Shown piece by piece: positions 35,776 through 44,583 of a stretch of DNA of 64,000 nucleotides. Each line of letters begins with the position of its first letter. The stretch's first letter is position 1. The stretch comes from Terriglobales bacterium. GTDB taxonomy: Bacteria; Acidobacteriota; Terriglobia; Terriglobales; Acidobacteriaceae. The DNA is taken from contig DATHOQ010000042.1 in assembly GCA_035484735.1 (NCBI GenBank), forward strand, positions 22,460-86,459, given 5' to 3'. The notes below the pieces were generated by a model. That model ran no database searches, was not told the DNA's origin, and was given only the letters and a program-made list of their open reading frames with translations. The position numbers were made by a program, and so were the translations under genes.

Positions 35776-37083
35776 GTGGCTGATTTCCTGAAGTTCGTAG
35801 TGTTCGCCCTGCTGGCGGTCCCACTGCCGCAAACCAGTGAGCCTGCTCGCATTCCTACTTTCTACCGCGACGTTCGTCCCATCTTGCAGCAGCACTGCCA
35901 GAGCTGTCATCGACCCGGTGAAATCGGGCCCATGCTGCTTATGACTTACCCACAAGCCCGCGCCTGGGCGACGCAGATTCGCGACACCGTCCGCTCCAGA
36001 TCCATGCCGCCGTGGTTTGCCGATCCTTGCTGCGGCCACTTCGCCGACGATCCTTCACTCACCGCTGACGAGATTGCCACACTTTCCGCTTGGGCCAACA
36101 CTCACGCTCTCGCTGGCAATCCCCACGACGCTTTACCACCGCACTGGACGCCAGGCTGGAATATTCCCCAGCCCGATGCTGTGGTGAGCATGTCGAAAGA
36201 CGTAACCATTCCTGCTCACGGCGACGTCGAATACACTTACGAAATCGTCCCTACGAATTTCGCGGAAGGCAAATGGGTGCAGATGTCGGAGATTCGTCCT
36301 TCTAGCCGCGCCCACGTTCATCACGCGGTCGTCTATGTCCGGCCGCCCGGTTCGGACTGGCTGCGGGCTGCGCCTCTCAACCAGCCGTTTACCGCATCCA
36401 CCCTGCACGATGAGCATCTCCGCCACCAGGCTCACGAAACCACCAGCGATCTGCTGCTGGTGTACGCTCCGGGCAGTTCACCCGACCGCTGGCCGGATGG
36501 CATGGCAAAATTCATCCCTGCGCACTCCGATCTGGTTTTCCAGATGCACTACACCACCAACGGCAACGCTGACACTGATCGCACCAGCATCGGTCTCGTC
36601 TTCGCGAAACAGCCGCCGGCGCAGCGCGTCATCACTCTGCAACTCGCCAACGACCACGACACCATCCCGATTCCGCCCAACACCGACGACTATCGCGTCG
36701 AGGTTCACGGAACACTGCCGAACGATTGTGTTCTGCTCAGCTTCTTTCCTCACATGCACCTGCGCGGCAAGCGCTTCGAATACAACATCGTTCACCCCGA
36801 CAGAGATAGCCTCGGCAAAAACGTAGAAACCCTTCTCCGCGTGAACTACGATTTCTACTGGCAACTCAGCTATCGCCTGGCCGAGCCCCGTTTCCTAAAG
36901 GCTGGAACCGAACTACAGGCTGTGGCTTGGTATGACAATTCGCGCAATAATCACCATAATCCTGACCCGGATAGCGCCGTCACCTGGGGCGACCAGACTT
37001 ACAACGAAATGATGGTGGGATTTTTCGACGTGGCGGTTCCCGCTCGCATGGATAAAGCGCAATTTTTCGTTCGAAAGAAGTAA
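35776..37083 (+). CDS. PHM/DBH-like two-copper monooxygenase domain protein with N-terminal CxxCH heme-binding motif
   Basis: FYRDVRPILQQHCQSCHRPGE (CxxCH at 35895-35910, PSCyt-like). Candidate copper ligands are VHHAVVY, QMHYTTNG, FPHMHLRGK (HxH) and YNEMMVGF (Met). Confidence 0.6.
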   Translation: MADFLKFVVFALLAVPLPQTSEPARIPTFYRDVRPILQQHCQSCHRPGEIGPMLLMTYPQARAWATQIRDTVRSRSMPPWFADPCCGHFADDPSLTADEIATLSAWANTHALAGNPHDALPPHWTPGWNIPQPDAVVSMSKDVTIPAHGDVEYTYEIVPTNFAEGKWVQMSEIRPSSRAHVHHAVVYVRPPGSDWLRAAPLNQPFTASTLHDEHLRHQAHETTSDLLLVYAPGSSPDRWPDGMAKFIPAHSDLVFQMHYTTNGNADTDRTSIGLVFAKQPPAQRVITLQLANDHDTIPIPPNTDDYRVEVHGTLPNDCVLLSFFPHMHLRGKRFEYNIVHPDRDSLGKNVETLLRVNYDFYWQLSYRLAEPRFLKAGTELQAVAWYDNSRNNHHNPDPDSAVTWGDQTYNEMMVGFFDVAVPARMDKAQFFVRKK

Positions 37084-37156
37084 GACTCGCGTAGGGGCAA
37101 ACGCCCTCGCCTGTCCAGGCCGAGCGAAGCTCGGCGGTTGCCTGTACTTCCGCTCT

Positions 37157-38875
37157 CTACGGCGTGACGGTGAATGTACTCGAACTGATGGCAGTCCCAC
37201 CTAGCGTCTCAATGCCGAGCGGACCGGTTTTTGCGCCCTTCGGGACGGTTGCTGTCACTTGCGTATCGGAATTCACGGTGAAGTTTGCGGGAGTATAGTC
37301 TCCAAAGCCAACCCTTATAGCTTGCGTGAGGCTTTTGCCCGTGATGATCACCTGAGTGCCGACCGGCCCGCTGGGCGGATAAAAACTGAGAATCGCGGGC
37401 GTTACACGGAACGGTACATTGCTGGTTAGAGTCCCACTCGGAGTGGCCACGGTGACAGGGCCCGTCATCGCACCGGGAGGAACCGTCGCCATCAAGTAAG
37501 TATCCGATTTGACGGTAAAGGTTCCTGGGGTTCCGTTGTAAGACACGCTTGTGGTTCCGGTGAATCCTTGTCCAAGAATGCCGCTGGTCTGTCCGACCTT
37601 GCCCGAGCTCCGCGCCAAGCTCACGAAGGGGCCAAGTCCCGTTGACGAGCTAAAAAGCGTGCCGCACCCGGAACCATCACCATCGTCACATTTAGAATAC
37701 GTGCCGCCGATGGCCGTTGCTCCATAAAAAATCCCGTTGGTGGCTTGGAGTAGGCTGCTTGCAGGGTCGCCTCCGTCCGTCAAGTCGAAATTGTGCAATG
37801 TGGTTAGTACGCCGCTAGGGGTGACCTCAAAGGCCGTACCCCAGCCATTGGCGCCGCCGAGGCTCGTCGTCCCATAGAGGTTGCCGTCCGTGGCCTGGAT
37901 CAACCCTGCTGCTGGCTGGGAACCGTCCGCGCAGCCCACCTGCATACAAAAAGAGTAGAGAGTCGTCAGCGTGCCGGCCGGGGTAATCTTGAACACGGTG
38001 CCAAAGCCATTGGCTCCCCCCTCAACCGTTGTCCCGTAGAAGTTTCCATCCGCGGCTTGAATCAGTCTTCCCCGAGGCTCGGTGCCATCCGGGCAGCCGC
38101 TTTGCAGGCAGAAGATATACAGCAACGCGTACCCTCCGTCGGCGGTGATTCTGAACACCGTCGCGCACTCGCTGGTGCACGAGTTGCCGGCATCGCCCGA
38201 AGTTGTCCCGTAGAAGTTCCCGTCGGTGGCCTGAATTAGGCCGCCCATTGGGGCTGCGCCCCAGCCGTCATATATATCGAAGGTGTGCAGAGTAGTCAGG
38301 GTGCCGTCCGGGGTGATTTTGAACACCGTGCCACACCCGTTTCCGCAGGCGCCACCGTCGCCGCCCCGCATAGTCGTCCCGTAAAAATTCCCGTCGCGAC
38401 CTTGAATCAAGCCGCCTTGTGGCCACAGCCCGTCCGACCCCAATGGACAAAAGGTGAAGATCGTTGTGAGTTTACCCACAGGACTCATCTTGAAGATGGT
38501 GCCGCAGGACTGGGGACTACCTCCGTTCATGGTTGTCCCGTAGAAGTTTCCGTCGGTAGCTTGAAATAGGGGTGCCTGTGGGTCGAAGCCATCAGTGCAC
38601 TCAGGTTGGGAGCAAAATTTGTAGAGCGTGGTCAGGGTGCCCCCCGGGGTCACTCTAAATACCGTACCGCAGTCCGCGTCGCACATCCCTCCACCACTGG
38701 CTGTTCCGTAAAAGTTCCCGTCGCGTCCCTGAATGAGAACGGAGATCGGCTCGGCACCGTTGGTCTGGTCGAAGCTTACAAGACTATCGAAGGTTTGCGC
38801 GGACACCGCAATCGCCATCGCGCCACAGAGCAGTAGCGCAAAGGGAACATGTTTCCAGCCGCTTGGTTTCGTCAT
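37157..38875 (-). CDS. GloVer tandem-repeat protein with two C-terminal IPT/TIG-like domains
   Basis: ATG 38875 follows GGAGGA, with signal MTKPSGWKHVPFALLLCGAMAIAVSA. About ten units have the form GNFYGTT..GG...CGTVFKITP.GTLTTL. The C-terminus has two segments of the form G.TG.T.V..NG......V.SDT.....VP.GA.TGP..V.TP.G. Confidence 0.7.
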   Translation of the reverse strand: MTKPSGWKHVPFALLLCGAMAIAVSAQTFDSLVSFDQTNGAEPISVLIQGRDGNFYGTASGGGMCDADCGTVFRVTPGGTLTTLYKFCSQPECTDGFDPQAPLFQATDGNFYGTTMNGGSPQSCGTIFKMSPVGKLTTIFTFCPLGSDGLWPQGGLIQGRDGNFYGTTMRGGDGGACGNGCGTVFKITPDGTLTTLHTFDIYDGWGAAPMGGLIQATDGNFYGTTSGDAGNSCTSECATVFRITADGGYALLYIFCLQSGCPDGTEPRGRLIQAADGNFYGTTVEGGANGFGTVFKITPAGTLTTLYSFCMQVGCADGSQPAAGLIQATDGNLYGTTSLGGANGWGTAFEVTPSGVLTTLHNFDLTDGGDPASSLLQATNGIFYGATAIGGTYSKCDDGDGSGCGTLFSSSTGLGPFVSLARSSGKVGQTSGILGQGFTGTTSVSYNGTPGTFTVKSDTYLMATVPPGAMTGPVTVATPSGTLTSNVPFRVTPAILSFYPPSGPVGTQVIITGKSLTQAIRVGFGDYTPANFTVNSDTQVTATVPKGAKTGPLGIETLGGTAISSSTFTVTP

Positions 38876-39089
38876 CGAAAATCCTCCGTGGCACAAGATT
38901 CGGAATCGCGGCCTACTCACGCGAGAAATGGGGCCCAGCTCGGCTGAGAGCCGCACGGGGGAGTGCGTTGCGGCGTTCCGAGTGGAAACAATTATGTTCC
39001 TCCGCCCGTCGAAGGTCAAGCGGCAAGCGCACGAAGCTCGTTGCCATTAGCCCCGTGCTACACTGGCCCGTTTTCCGAGGACGATTCCT

Positions 39090-40478
39090 GTGCGCAAGTT
39101 TTCTATTTTCATTTTGATCGTTGCTCTCTGCTCCTCCGCCATCGCCCAAACCATTTCTCCTGACCTGCGTCAGAAAATCGACTCCGTCGCGACTGATGTC
39201 CTGTCCAAAACTGGCGTCCCCAGCGCTTCAATCGCTTTAGTTCAAGACGGCAAGATCGCTTACGTACAGGCCTACGGAGACGCGCGCCTCGATCCCCGCA
39301 CTCCAGCCCGGCCTGAGATGCGCTATAGCATCGGCTCCGTCAGCAAGCAGTTCACTACCGCCGCGATTCTGCTTTTGCAGGAGCAAGGCAAGCTTTCGCT
39401 CGACGACAAAGTTGGCAAATTTATCCCCAGCCTCACTCGCGCCAACGAAGTCAGCATTCGCCAACTGCTTTCCCATACTTCCGGTTATCAAGACTATTGG
39501 CCGCAGGATTACGTGATGCCTATGATGCTTCAGCCGGTCACGGCAGAGAAGATCATGGATGGCTGGGCGCGCAAGCCACTCGACTTCGATCCCGGCACCG
39601 AATGGCAATACAGCAATACCAATTATGTGATCGCGGGTGTGATCGTCGAAAAAGCCAGCGGCATGCCGCTGCTGCAGTTTCTGCGGGAGAAGGTTTTCAC
39701 TCCGCTCGGCATGAAGAGCGTCGCCAACATTGATCAGGACAACCTCGCCATCACCGACCCCGTGGGATATATGCGCTATGCGCTCGGGCCGTTGCGCCCC
39801 GCGCCCAAAGAAGGGAAGGGCTGGCTATTCGCCGCCGGGGAATTGGCCATGCCCGCCGAAGACCTCGCACGCTGGGATATTTCCGTAATGAATCAAACGT
39901 TGTTGAAGCCGTCCTCCTACCGCCAGATGGAAACTGAAGTCGTATTGAGCAATGGAGTAGGAACGAAGTACGGTTTGGGAATGGACATTGCGTCTGAAGA
40001 CGGTCGTCGCTCCCTCGCGCATTCCGGCGAAGTCTCAGGGTTCACAGCACAGAATGTGGTCTTTCCGGACGACCATTCCGCCATCGTTGTACTTACCAAT
40101 CAGGATGCAGTGAACGCCTCTGGGGAGATCGCGCGTGGCATTGCGCCTCTTCTTTTCGCCACGGCTGATGCCGCAACCCCACAAAAGCTCGCTCAGGCAC
40201 AGAAGATATTTGACGGCTTGCAGCATGGCATGATTGATCGTTCACTATTCACTGCCAATGCTAACTTCTATTTCAGCGATGCGGCCTTGAAGGACTTCGC
40301 AACTGGACTGGCCCCTTTGGGATCGCCTCAGGAATTCAGCCAGACTAGTCAGGAGCTCCGCGGCGGAATGATCTTGCGCAGATATCGCGTGAAGTTTGCT
40401 CAGAAAACCTTGCGAGCGTGGACCTTCGAAATGCCAGACGGCAAGCTCGAGCAGTATCAGATCGCGGTGCAGCAATAA
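39090..40478 (+). CDS. Serine hydrolase, beta-lactamase/PBP4*-like family
   Basis: Signal MRKFSIFILIVALCSSAIA, the S-x-x-K motif SIGSVSKQF, and YSNTNY (Y-x-N). Confidence 0.75.
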   Translation: MRKFSIFILIVALCSSAIAQTISPDLRQKIDSVATDVLSKTGVPSASIALVQDGKIAYVQAYGDARLDPRTPARPEMRYSIGSVSKQFTTAAILLLQEQGKLSLDDKVGKFIPSLTRANEVSIRQLLSHTSGYQDYWPQDYVMPMMLQPVTAEKIMDGWARKPLDFDPGTEWQYSNTNYVIAGVIVEKASGMPLLQFLREKVFTPLGMKSVANIDQDNLAITDPVGYMRYALGPLRPAPKEGKGWLFAAGELAMPAEDLARWDISVMNQTLLKPSSYRQMETEVVLSNGVGTKYGLGMDIASEDGRRSLAHSGEVSGFTAQNVVFPDDHSAIVVLTNQDAVNASGEIARGIAPLLFATADAATPQKLAQAQKIFDGLQHGMIDRSLFTANANFYFSDAALKDFATGLAPLGSPQEFSQTSQELRGGMILRRYRVKFAQKTLRAWTFEMPDGKLEQYQIAVQQ

Positions 40479-40491
40479 CCGTCCGGAGGCA

Positions 40492-41607
40492 TCAACCGAT
40501 CTTCGCTGTCTTTGACCGCATCTCGGTCGATTCCTCAATCGGCAGCTGGCGTGTCCAGCGGGGATGCTCGCGATAACCCCGTCGCAGTTTCCCGACCACC
40601 GACCCGATGGCGGCGCTACCCATCGCCACATGCTCGATCTTTACCACTCCCAACCGCATCGTCTTCACCAAATGTAAACCGCTGCTGATCGCACACCCGC
40701 ACTGCGAGCAGTCGGGATTTCCCCCAAAGATGCAGGGTTCCACCCGGGTTTTCAAGTCGGCGGAAAAGTTGGTGGACATTCGCGCGAACATGCAGTCGTC
40801 CGGATCTCGTGGAGGAGTGAGAATGGCTTCGGCAAGCCCCGGAGTCATCAGCAGCTTGGGATGCCGCACTCTCGCTTTCAGCAACTCTTGCACGACGACA
40901 TGGCGGTCCCGGACAGACAACATTTCCGCGCTATTCTCGCCCTTTTGCGGAGTGTACAGGCTGACCCAAATCCTGGCCACCTCCGGCCGTGCGCTCCAAT
41001 AAGCTATATATTCCTCGATATATCCTGCCCGTTCCAGCATTGGCCGCGTGATGGTGCCGTGGATATTGATGGTACAGCCGGCGATGTTTTTCAAGATGCG
41101 TTCGTAGGTAGCTGGTTTACGCCGTACGTCGTGATGCTCGGGGAGCCCGTCTACCGAAACCGCTACGTGCGCCCGGCGAATCCTCATCCACTCCGGTGGG
41201 ATGGGAATTACCGCGCTGGTTACGACCATGGTGTGCACTCCCATCCGGCTCAGCAGCGGCAGCACACGGCTGAGTTCGCGATGACGAACCAGGGGCTCTC
41301 CACCCACCAGAGAAACATGCAGGGGCCGGTATTGCCGCACCAGGCCGAGAATGCCCTCAACCAGCGCATCCCCACGATAGTCGCTCAGGCTGCGCAGCGT
41401 AGCCGCTCCTCCCAGGTGATCTTCTCCGTAGGCGTAACAGCCGGGACAGCTCAACGGGCATTCACGCGTGATCTCGATCGACATCATGGGCGCGCTACCG
41501 CCCAGGATCGACTTCCACGCCGACAACAATTCCAAAAGCCGAATTCCGGGTTTGCCCTTACCTTCACTCACAAACACCTCAAGTGAAATGGATGCGGCAC
41601 TCGTCAA
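40492..41607 (-). CDS. Radical SAM protein with HpnH-like architecture
   Basis: CPLSCPGC (CX3CX2C), GGEPL, VSVDGLPEHHD (compare Hpn[13 protein letters not shown]), and a C-terminal Cys cluster EPCIFGGNPDCSQCGC. The TTG start is uncertain. Confidence 0.65.
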   Translation of the reverse strand: MTSAASISLEVFVSEGKGKPGIRLLELLSAWKSILGGSAPMMSIEITRECPLSCPGCYAYGEDHLGGAATLRSLSDYRGDALVEGILGLVRQYRPLHVSLVGGEPLVRHRELSRVLPLLSRMGVHTMVVTSAVIPIPPEWMRIRRAHVAVSVDGLPEHHDVRRKPATYERILKNIAGCTINIHGTITRPMLERAGYIEEYIAYWSARPEVARIWVSLYTPQKGENSAEMLSVRDRHVVVQELLKARVRHPKLLMTPGLAEAILTPPRDPDDCMFARMSTNFSADLKTRVEPCIFGGNPDCSQCGCAISSGLHLVKTMRLGVVKIEHVAMGSAAIGSVVGKLRRGYREHPRWTRQLPIEESTEMRSKTAKIG

Positions 41608-41692
41608 ATGGTTGCACTTGTAAATACACAGGTAGGATTATGAGGGGTTTGCGCGGACGTCGAATCCGATGAGCTGGCAAATACATTCTGGC

Positions 41693-42235
41693 TCACATGA
41701 ATTTGATTCTCTTGTTCCGCGAAGAAAAATCCATCAACTTTTCCAGCCGCTTCAGTTGCGTCTCTTCCTTCTTTGCGCTGGCAACCCATGCCACGGTCAT
41801 CCGACGGTAGAACGGTGGGAAGGCTTGAAAGTTGTCCCAGGCGGTCGCACGCTTCTGAAACGCTTTCTTCAAGCGTTCGGGAAGTTCCGTGGGATGAGTC
41901 CCGGTTTTTCGCTCTGGCCGAAAAGTCTGCATGCCGGTTGCAGTCATCTTTCCCTCTGCGATCAGCTTTCGTGCTCTCCTTATGTTGATTTCCGACCAGC
42001 GGCTGGCCGGTAGGCGTGGCGTAAATCTCTGCACATAACGTTCGGCGTCGAGCTTTCTGGTCCGTCCGTCGATCCAGCCAAAGCACAGAGCCTCTTCGAC
42101 CGCGTCATCATAGGGGATGCGCACTTTACCCGAATGCTTTTTGGGGTAGATGAGCCATATTTCCCCGGCCTGCTGGCCATGTTTTGCCAGCCACGCGCGC
42201 CACTGTTTGCGGTCTTTAACGTAGAGGGTTTTCAT
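41693..42235 (-). CDS. YdeI/OmpD-associated family protein
   Basis: Motifs WRAWLAKHGQQAGEIWLIYPKK and AVEEALCFGWIDG are typical of the YdeI (DUF1905/bacteriocin-protection) family. Confidence 0.6.
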   Translation of the reverse strand: MKTLYVKDRKQWRAWLAKHGQQAGEIWLIYPKKHSGKVRIPYDDAVEEALCFGWIDGRTRKLDAERYVQRFTPRLPASRWSEINIRRARKLIAEGKMTATGMQTFRPERKTGTHPTELPERLKKAFQKRATAWDNFQAFPPFYRRMTVAWVASAKKEETQLKRLEKLMDFSSRNKRIKFM

Positions 42236-42303
42236 GCCTCAATTCATCGGCCTATTACCTAAGATATCTTGTGTGTCCGCTCGCCTCGCGTAATCCTCAC
42301 CAC

Positions 42304-42756
42304 ATGAGCCCCAAATCGAAGTTGCTGCGTTCTTTGCGCCCAAGTATTTTACTGTGTGCCCTACTGCTGCTCATTACGGCCGTTTCCGGATGCGCTCAGA
42401 ATAGCTTGCCCTTCGAAGTTTCTAACCCCGCCAAGAAGAAATGGTCTCCAGCGGAAGCCGCACGCATTTACGATTCTGCCTGCGATCTCCTGGCCCGCAC
42501 CATTCGTCCCGAGAAACCTCCGGTTCTGCGGCCTAAATTCCGTCTGGTGCTGGGCGCGGAGAGCGATCAATTCGTGAACGAAGGCGGCGTAACTGAGGTT
42601 CAACTGAAATCCTGGAATCCGGAGAAATTCGCTGAAGGCGTGGTGGTCGTTGCGGTTCGTGACGTGCTGCGGGGGGATGAACTAGCCCGAGTGGTGCATC
42701 AATCCGTATCTCTCGCAGCCTCTACCATCAATGTGCACGAGTTGGGCCGGCAATAA
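42304..42756 (+). CDS. Putative lipoprotein, unknown function
   Basis: ATG 42304 with the lipobox-like LLLITAVSGC. No family recognised. Confidence 0.45.
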   Translation: MSPKSKLLRSLRPSILLCALLLLITAVSGCAQNSLPFEVSNPAKKKWSPAEAARIYDSACDLLARTIRPEKPPVLRPKFRLVLGAESDQFVNEGGVTEVQLKSWNPEKFAEGVVVVAVRDVLRGDELARVVHQSVSLAASTINVHELGRQ

Positions 42757-43504
42757 CTGAGGCTTGAACCGCTGGCGACAACTTCGACTGGATGAGCGTT
42801 TCTATCTGGTTCCACACCTTTGGATCACACTCAATTTCAGTATGGGGCCTGATCAAAAACCGGTTGAACCAGGGATATCCGTCGCAACTGATCGGCTTCT
42901 CGCTGTAGTCGTAACGGAAATTCCCTACGATTTCAGTCTGTTCGGGATCCGCCGCGCGGATTTTAGGCCGGCCGTGGACCAACCCGTGTGGCTGATAATA
43001 ATTAACCGCCTGAGACACATTGGCGGGGATGAGGGCGTCGTTCTCGCCACCCTTTGAAACACTGTCCACTTGAATCGTAAGCAGAACTGGAATCTCATCC
43101 TTTTCCAGTTTGCGGGCAAGTGTCACTGTCTCTGACGCGCCCCAACTGTGGCCGAAGATGATGATTCGTGCCTGTCGTTTTTCTTCCGGCGACAACTTCC
43201 CATCATTGTCGGAATCCAAGTGTCGCAAAAGTTCCCGATAGGCCTGATCTCCGTGATGGTTCTCAAAGACTTTTATGTACACGCCTGCGGGATATAAATT
43301 GCGTAGACGCTCTGCCAACTGCACAGTGCTGTGGACATGAGCGTCAGGTTTCACGAAGCCGCCCACGAATCCAATTACGGTTGCCGGAAGGACTGGGACC
43401 GTCGCCGTGCCGGCAGTAGGGCCCGGCGACTCCGCTGCTCTCAGGACCAGGGCAACCCCGAGAAAGAAGAAAAGAAAGCCTGCCGAAATACGCGTGTTGC
43501 GCAT
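42728..43504 (-). CDS. Secreted alpha/beta-hydrolase-like protein with an EF-hand-like loop
   Basis: Signal MRNTRISAGFLFFFLGVALVLRA, DSDNDGKLSPEE (Ca-binding loop pattern), and GHSWGAS (GxSxG nucleophile elbow). Confidence 0.55.
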   Translation of the reverse strand: MRNTRISAGFLFFFLGVALVLRAAESPGPTAGTATVPVLPATVIGFVGGFVKPDAHVHSTVQLAERLRNLYPAGVYIKVFENHHGDQAYRELLRHLDSDNDGKLSPEEKRQARIIIFGHSWGASETVTLARKLEKDEIPVLLTIQVDSVSKGGENDALIPANVSQAVNYYQPHGLVHGRPKIRAADPEQTEIVGNFRYDYSEKPISCDGYPWFNRFLIRPHTEIECDPKVWNQIETLIQSKLSPAVQASVIAGPTRAH

Positions 43505-43535
43505 AAACGGAAGGAAATCATATCAAATAGATCGG

Positions 43536-43814
43536 TCAAGAGGTAGAGCCTAACTTCTGTGTCCCGATTGGCCCTAGTAGTCTTTCCTTGGCCGATTTCC
43601 TAGGTCTGACGGGCTCAGCCGGTTCCTGTGGTTCGCCGCTATGTTCGGGATTTTCACCCGGTTCCGGAAAATCGGTATCCGCCGCTTTCAGCATGGGGTC
43701 CTGATCGCGATGGCCCAATTGTCCCCGCATGGATGTGTTACCGTGTTGGTCTTTTTCTTCCTGCTCCAGCGCACCTTTGAGACGATCCTGGTCTTCGCTA
43801 TGGATATGGGTCAT
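43536..43814 (-). CDS. Hydrophilic acidic hypothetical protein
   Basis: A 92-aa protein, E/D/Q/P-rich with no TM. AGGAG lies 9 nt upstream of the ATG. No family recognised. Confidence 0.4.
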   Translation of the reverse strand: MTHIHSEDQDRLKGALEQEEKDQHGNTSMRGQLGHRDQDPMLKAADTDFPEPGENPEHSGEPQEPAEPVRPRKSAKERLLGPIGTQKLGSTS

Positions 43815-43924
43815 AGATGAGAGCTCCTGCTACAGCCTATCGTGAAATCTGTCTAATGCAACCGCTTTTGTATTGTATCGAGCAAGGGAAAATCCTATAT
43901 TGACCGTTAAGGGGGAGCGCATTT

Positions 43925-44083
43925 ATGAAGCGGCTTTTTCGGCTGGTGTTAGGGGTTCTGGTGTTCGGGGCGACCTTGGTGCCGCAGGCTGCGTGGGCGA
44001 GGCCGGCAAAGAACAAACACCACGTGCAGCACCATAAGGCACGACATGTGAAACGCCATCATGCTCATCGGACCGGAGCCTAA
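43925..44083 (+). CDS. His-rich secreted mini-protein (52 aa), not in the ORF track
   Basis: GGGGGAG (43911-43917) lies 7 nt before ATG 43925. The product is MKRLFRLVLGVLVFGATLVPQAAWA / RPAKNKHHVQHHKARHVKRHHAHRTGA, with stop TAA at 44081-44083. The predicted mature part has 9 His in 27 residues. Confidence 0.5.
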   Translation: MKRLFRLVLGVLVFGATLVPQAAWARPAKNKHHVQHHKARHVKRHHAHRTGA

Positions 44084-44148
44084 TTTCCGTCCGTACAGCT
44101 ACCTCGTTTTTTCCGAAACTGCCGGGACCACCCTACAATGTCTGCAGC

Positions 44149-44481
44149 ATGACTGCTCCGTCCATTCTCTACCGGCCATTTACCCGCCTGATAAAAATTA
44201 CCGTTCGAGGCAGGCAGTTCGAGGTTCCTGAAAACAACGCACTTTTGCGCTGCCTGCAATATCTGGCGCCGAACGATGTCTCCTACGGACGCTTCTGCTG
44301 GAATGAAGATTGCCAGTACTGCCGCGTCACTTTCGATTTGGGAGGCGGCACTCCCGAGCGCGCAGCCCTCGCCTGCAAGCTGATGGTGCAGGAAGGCATG
44401 CGGGTGAAGGAAGTGACGACGGAAATCCGGTACTGTTTGAGAAACGTGGAGTCAGCGGAAAAAGGCCCTACGCATAGCTGA
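44149..44481 (+). CDS. (2Fe-2S)-binding domain protein
   Basis: ITVRGRQFEVPENNALL...FCWNEDCQYCRVTF...ACKLMVQEGMRV shows Cys spacing and flanks resembling the Fer2_4-type 2Fe-2S domain. Confidence 0.5.
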   Translation: MTAPSILYRPFTRLIKITVRGRQFEVPENNALLRCLQYLAPNDVSYGRFCWNEDCQYCRVTFDLGGGTPERAALACKLMVQEGMRVKEVTTEIRYCLRNVESAEKGPTHS

Positions 44482-44583
44482 AAGCAAGAAAACATTTAGC
44501 TGATTTTCACTCAGCCGGTGGTTTCTTCTGAGCCGGAGCCACCTAGGTCTCATCTCGCGCTCGGACGGTGCTTCGCGGGACCG

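Noticed and set aside
41604-42086. A 160-aa ORF overlapping the YdeI-family gene in another frame
   Set aside because: The YdeI frame has recognisable family motifs, and the alternative frame is R/S-rich with none.
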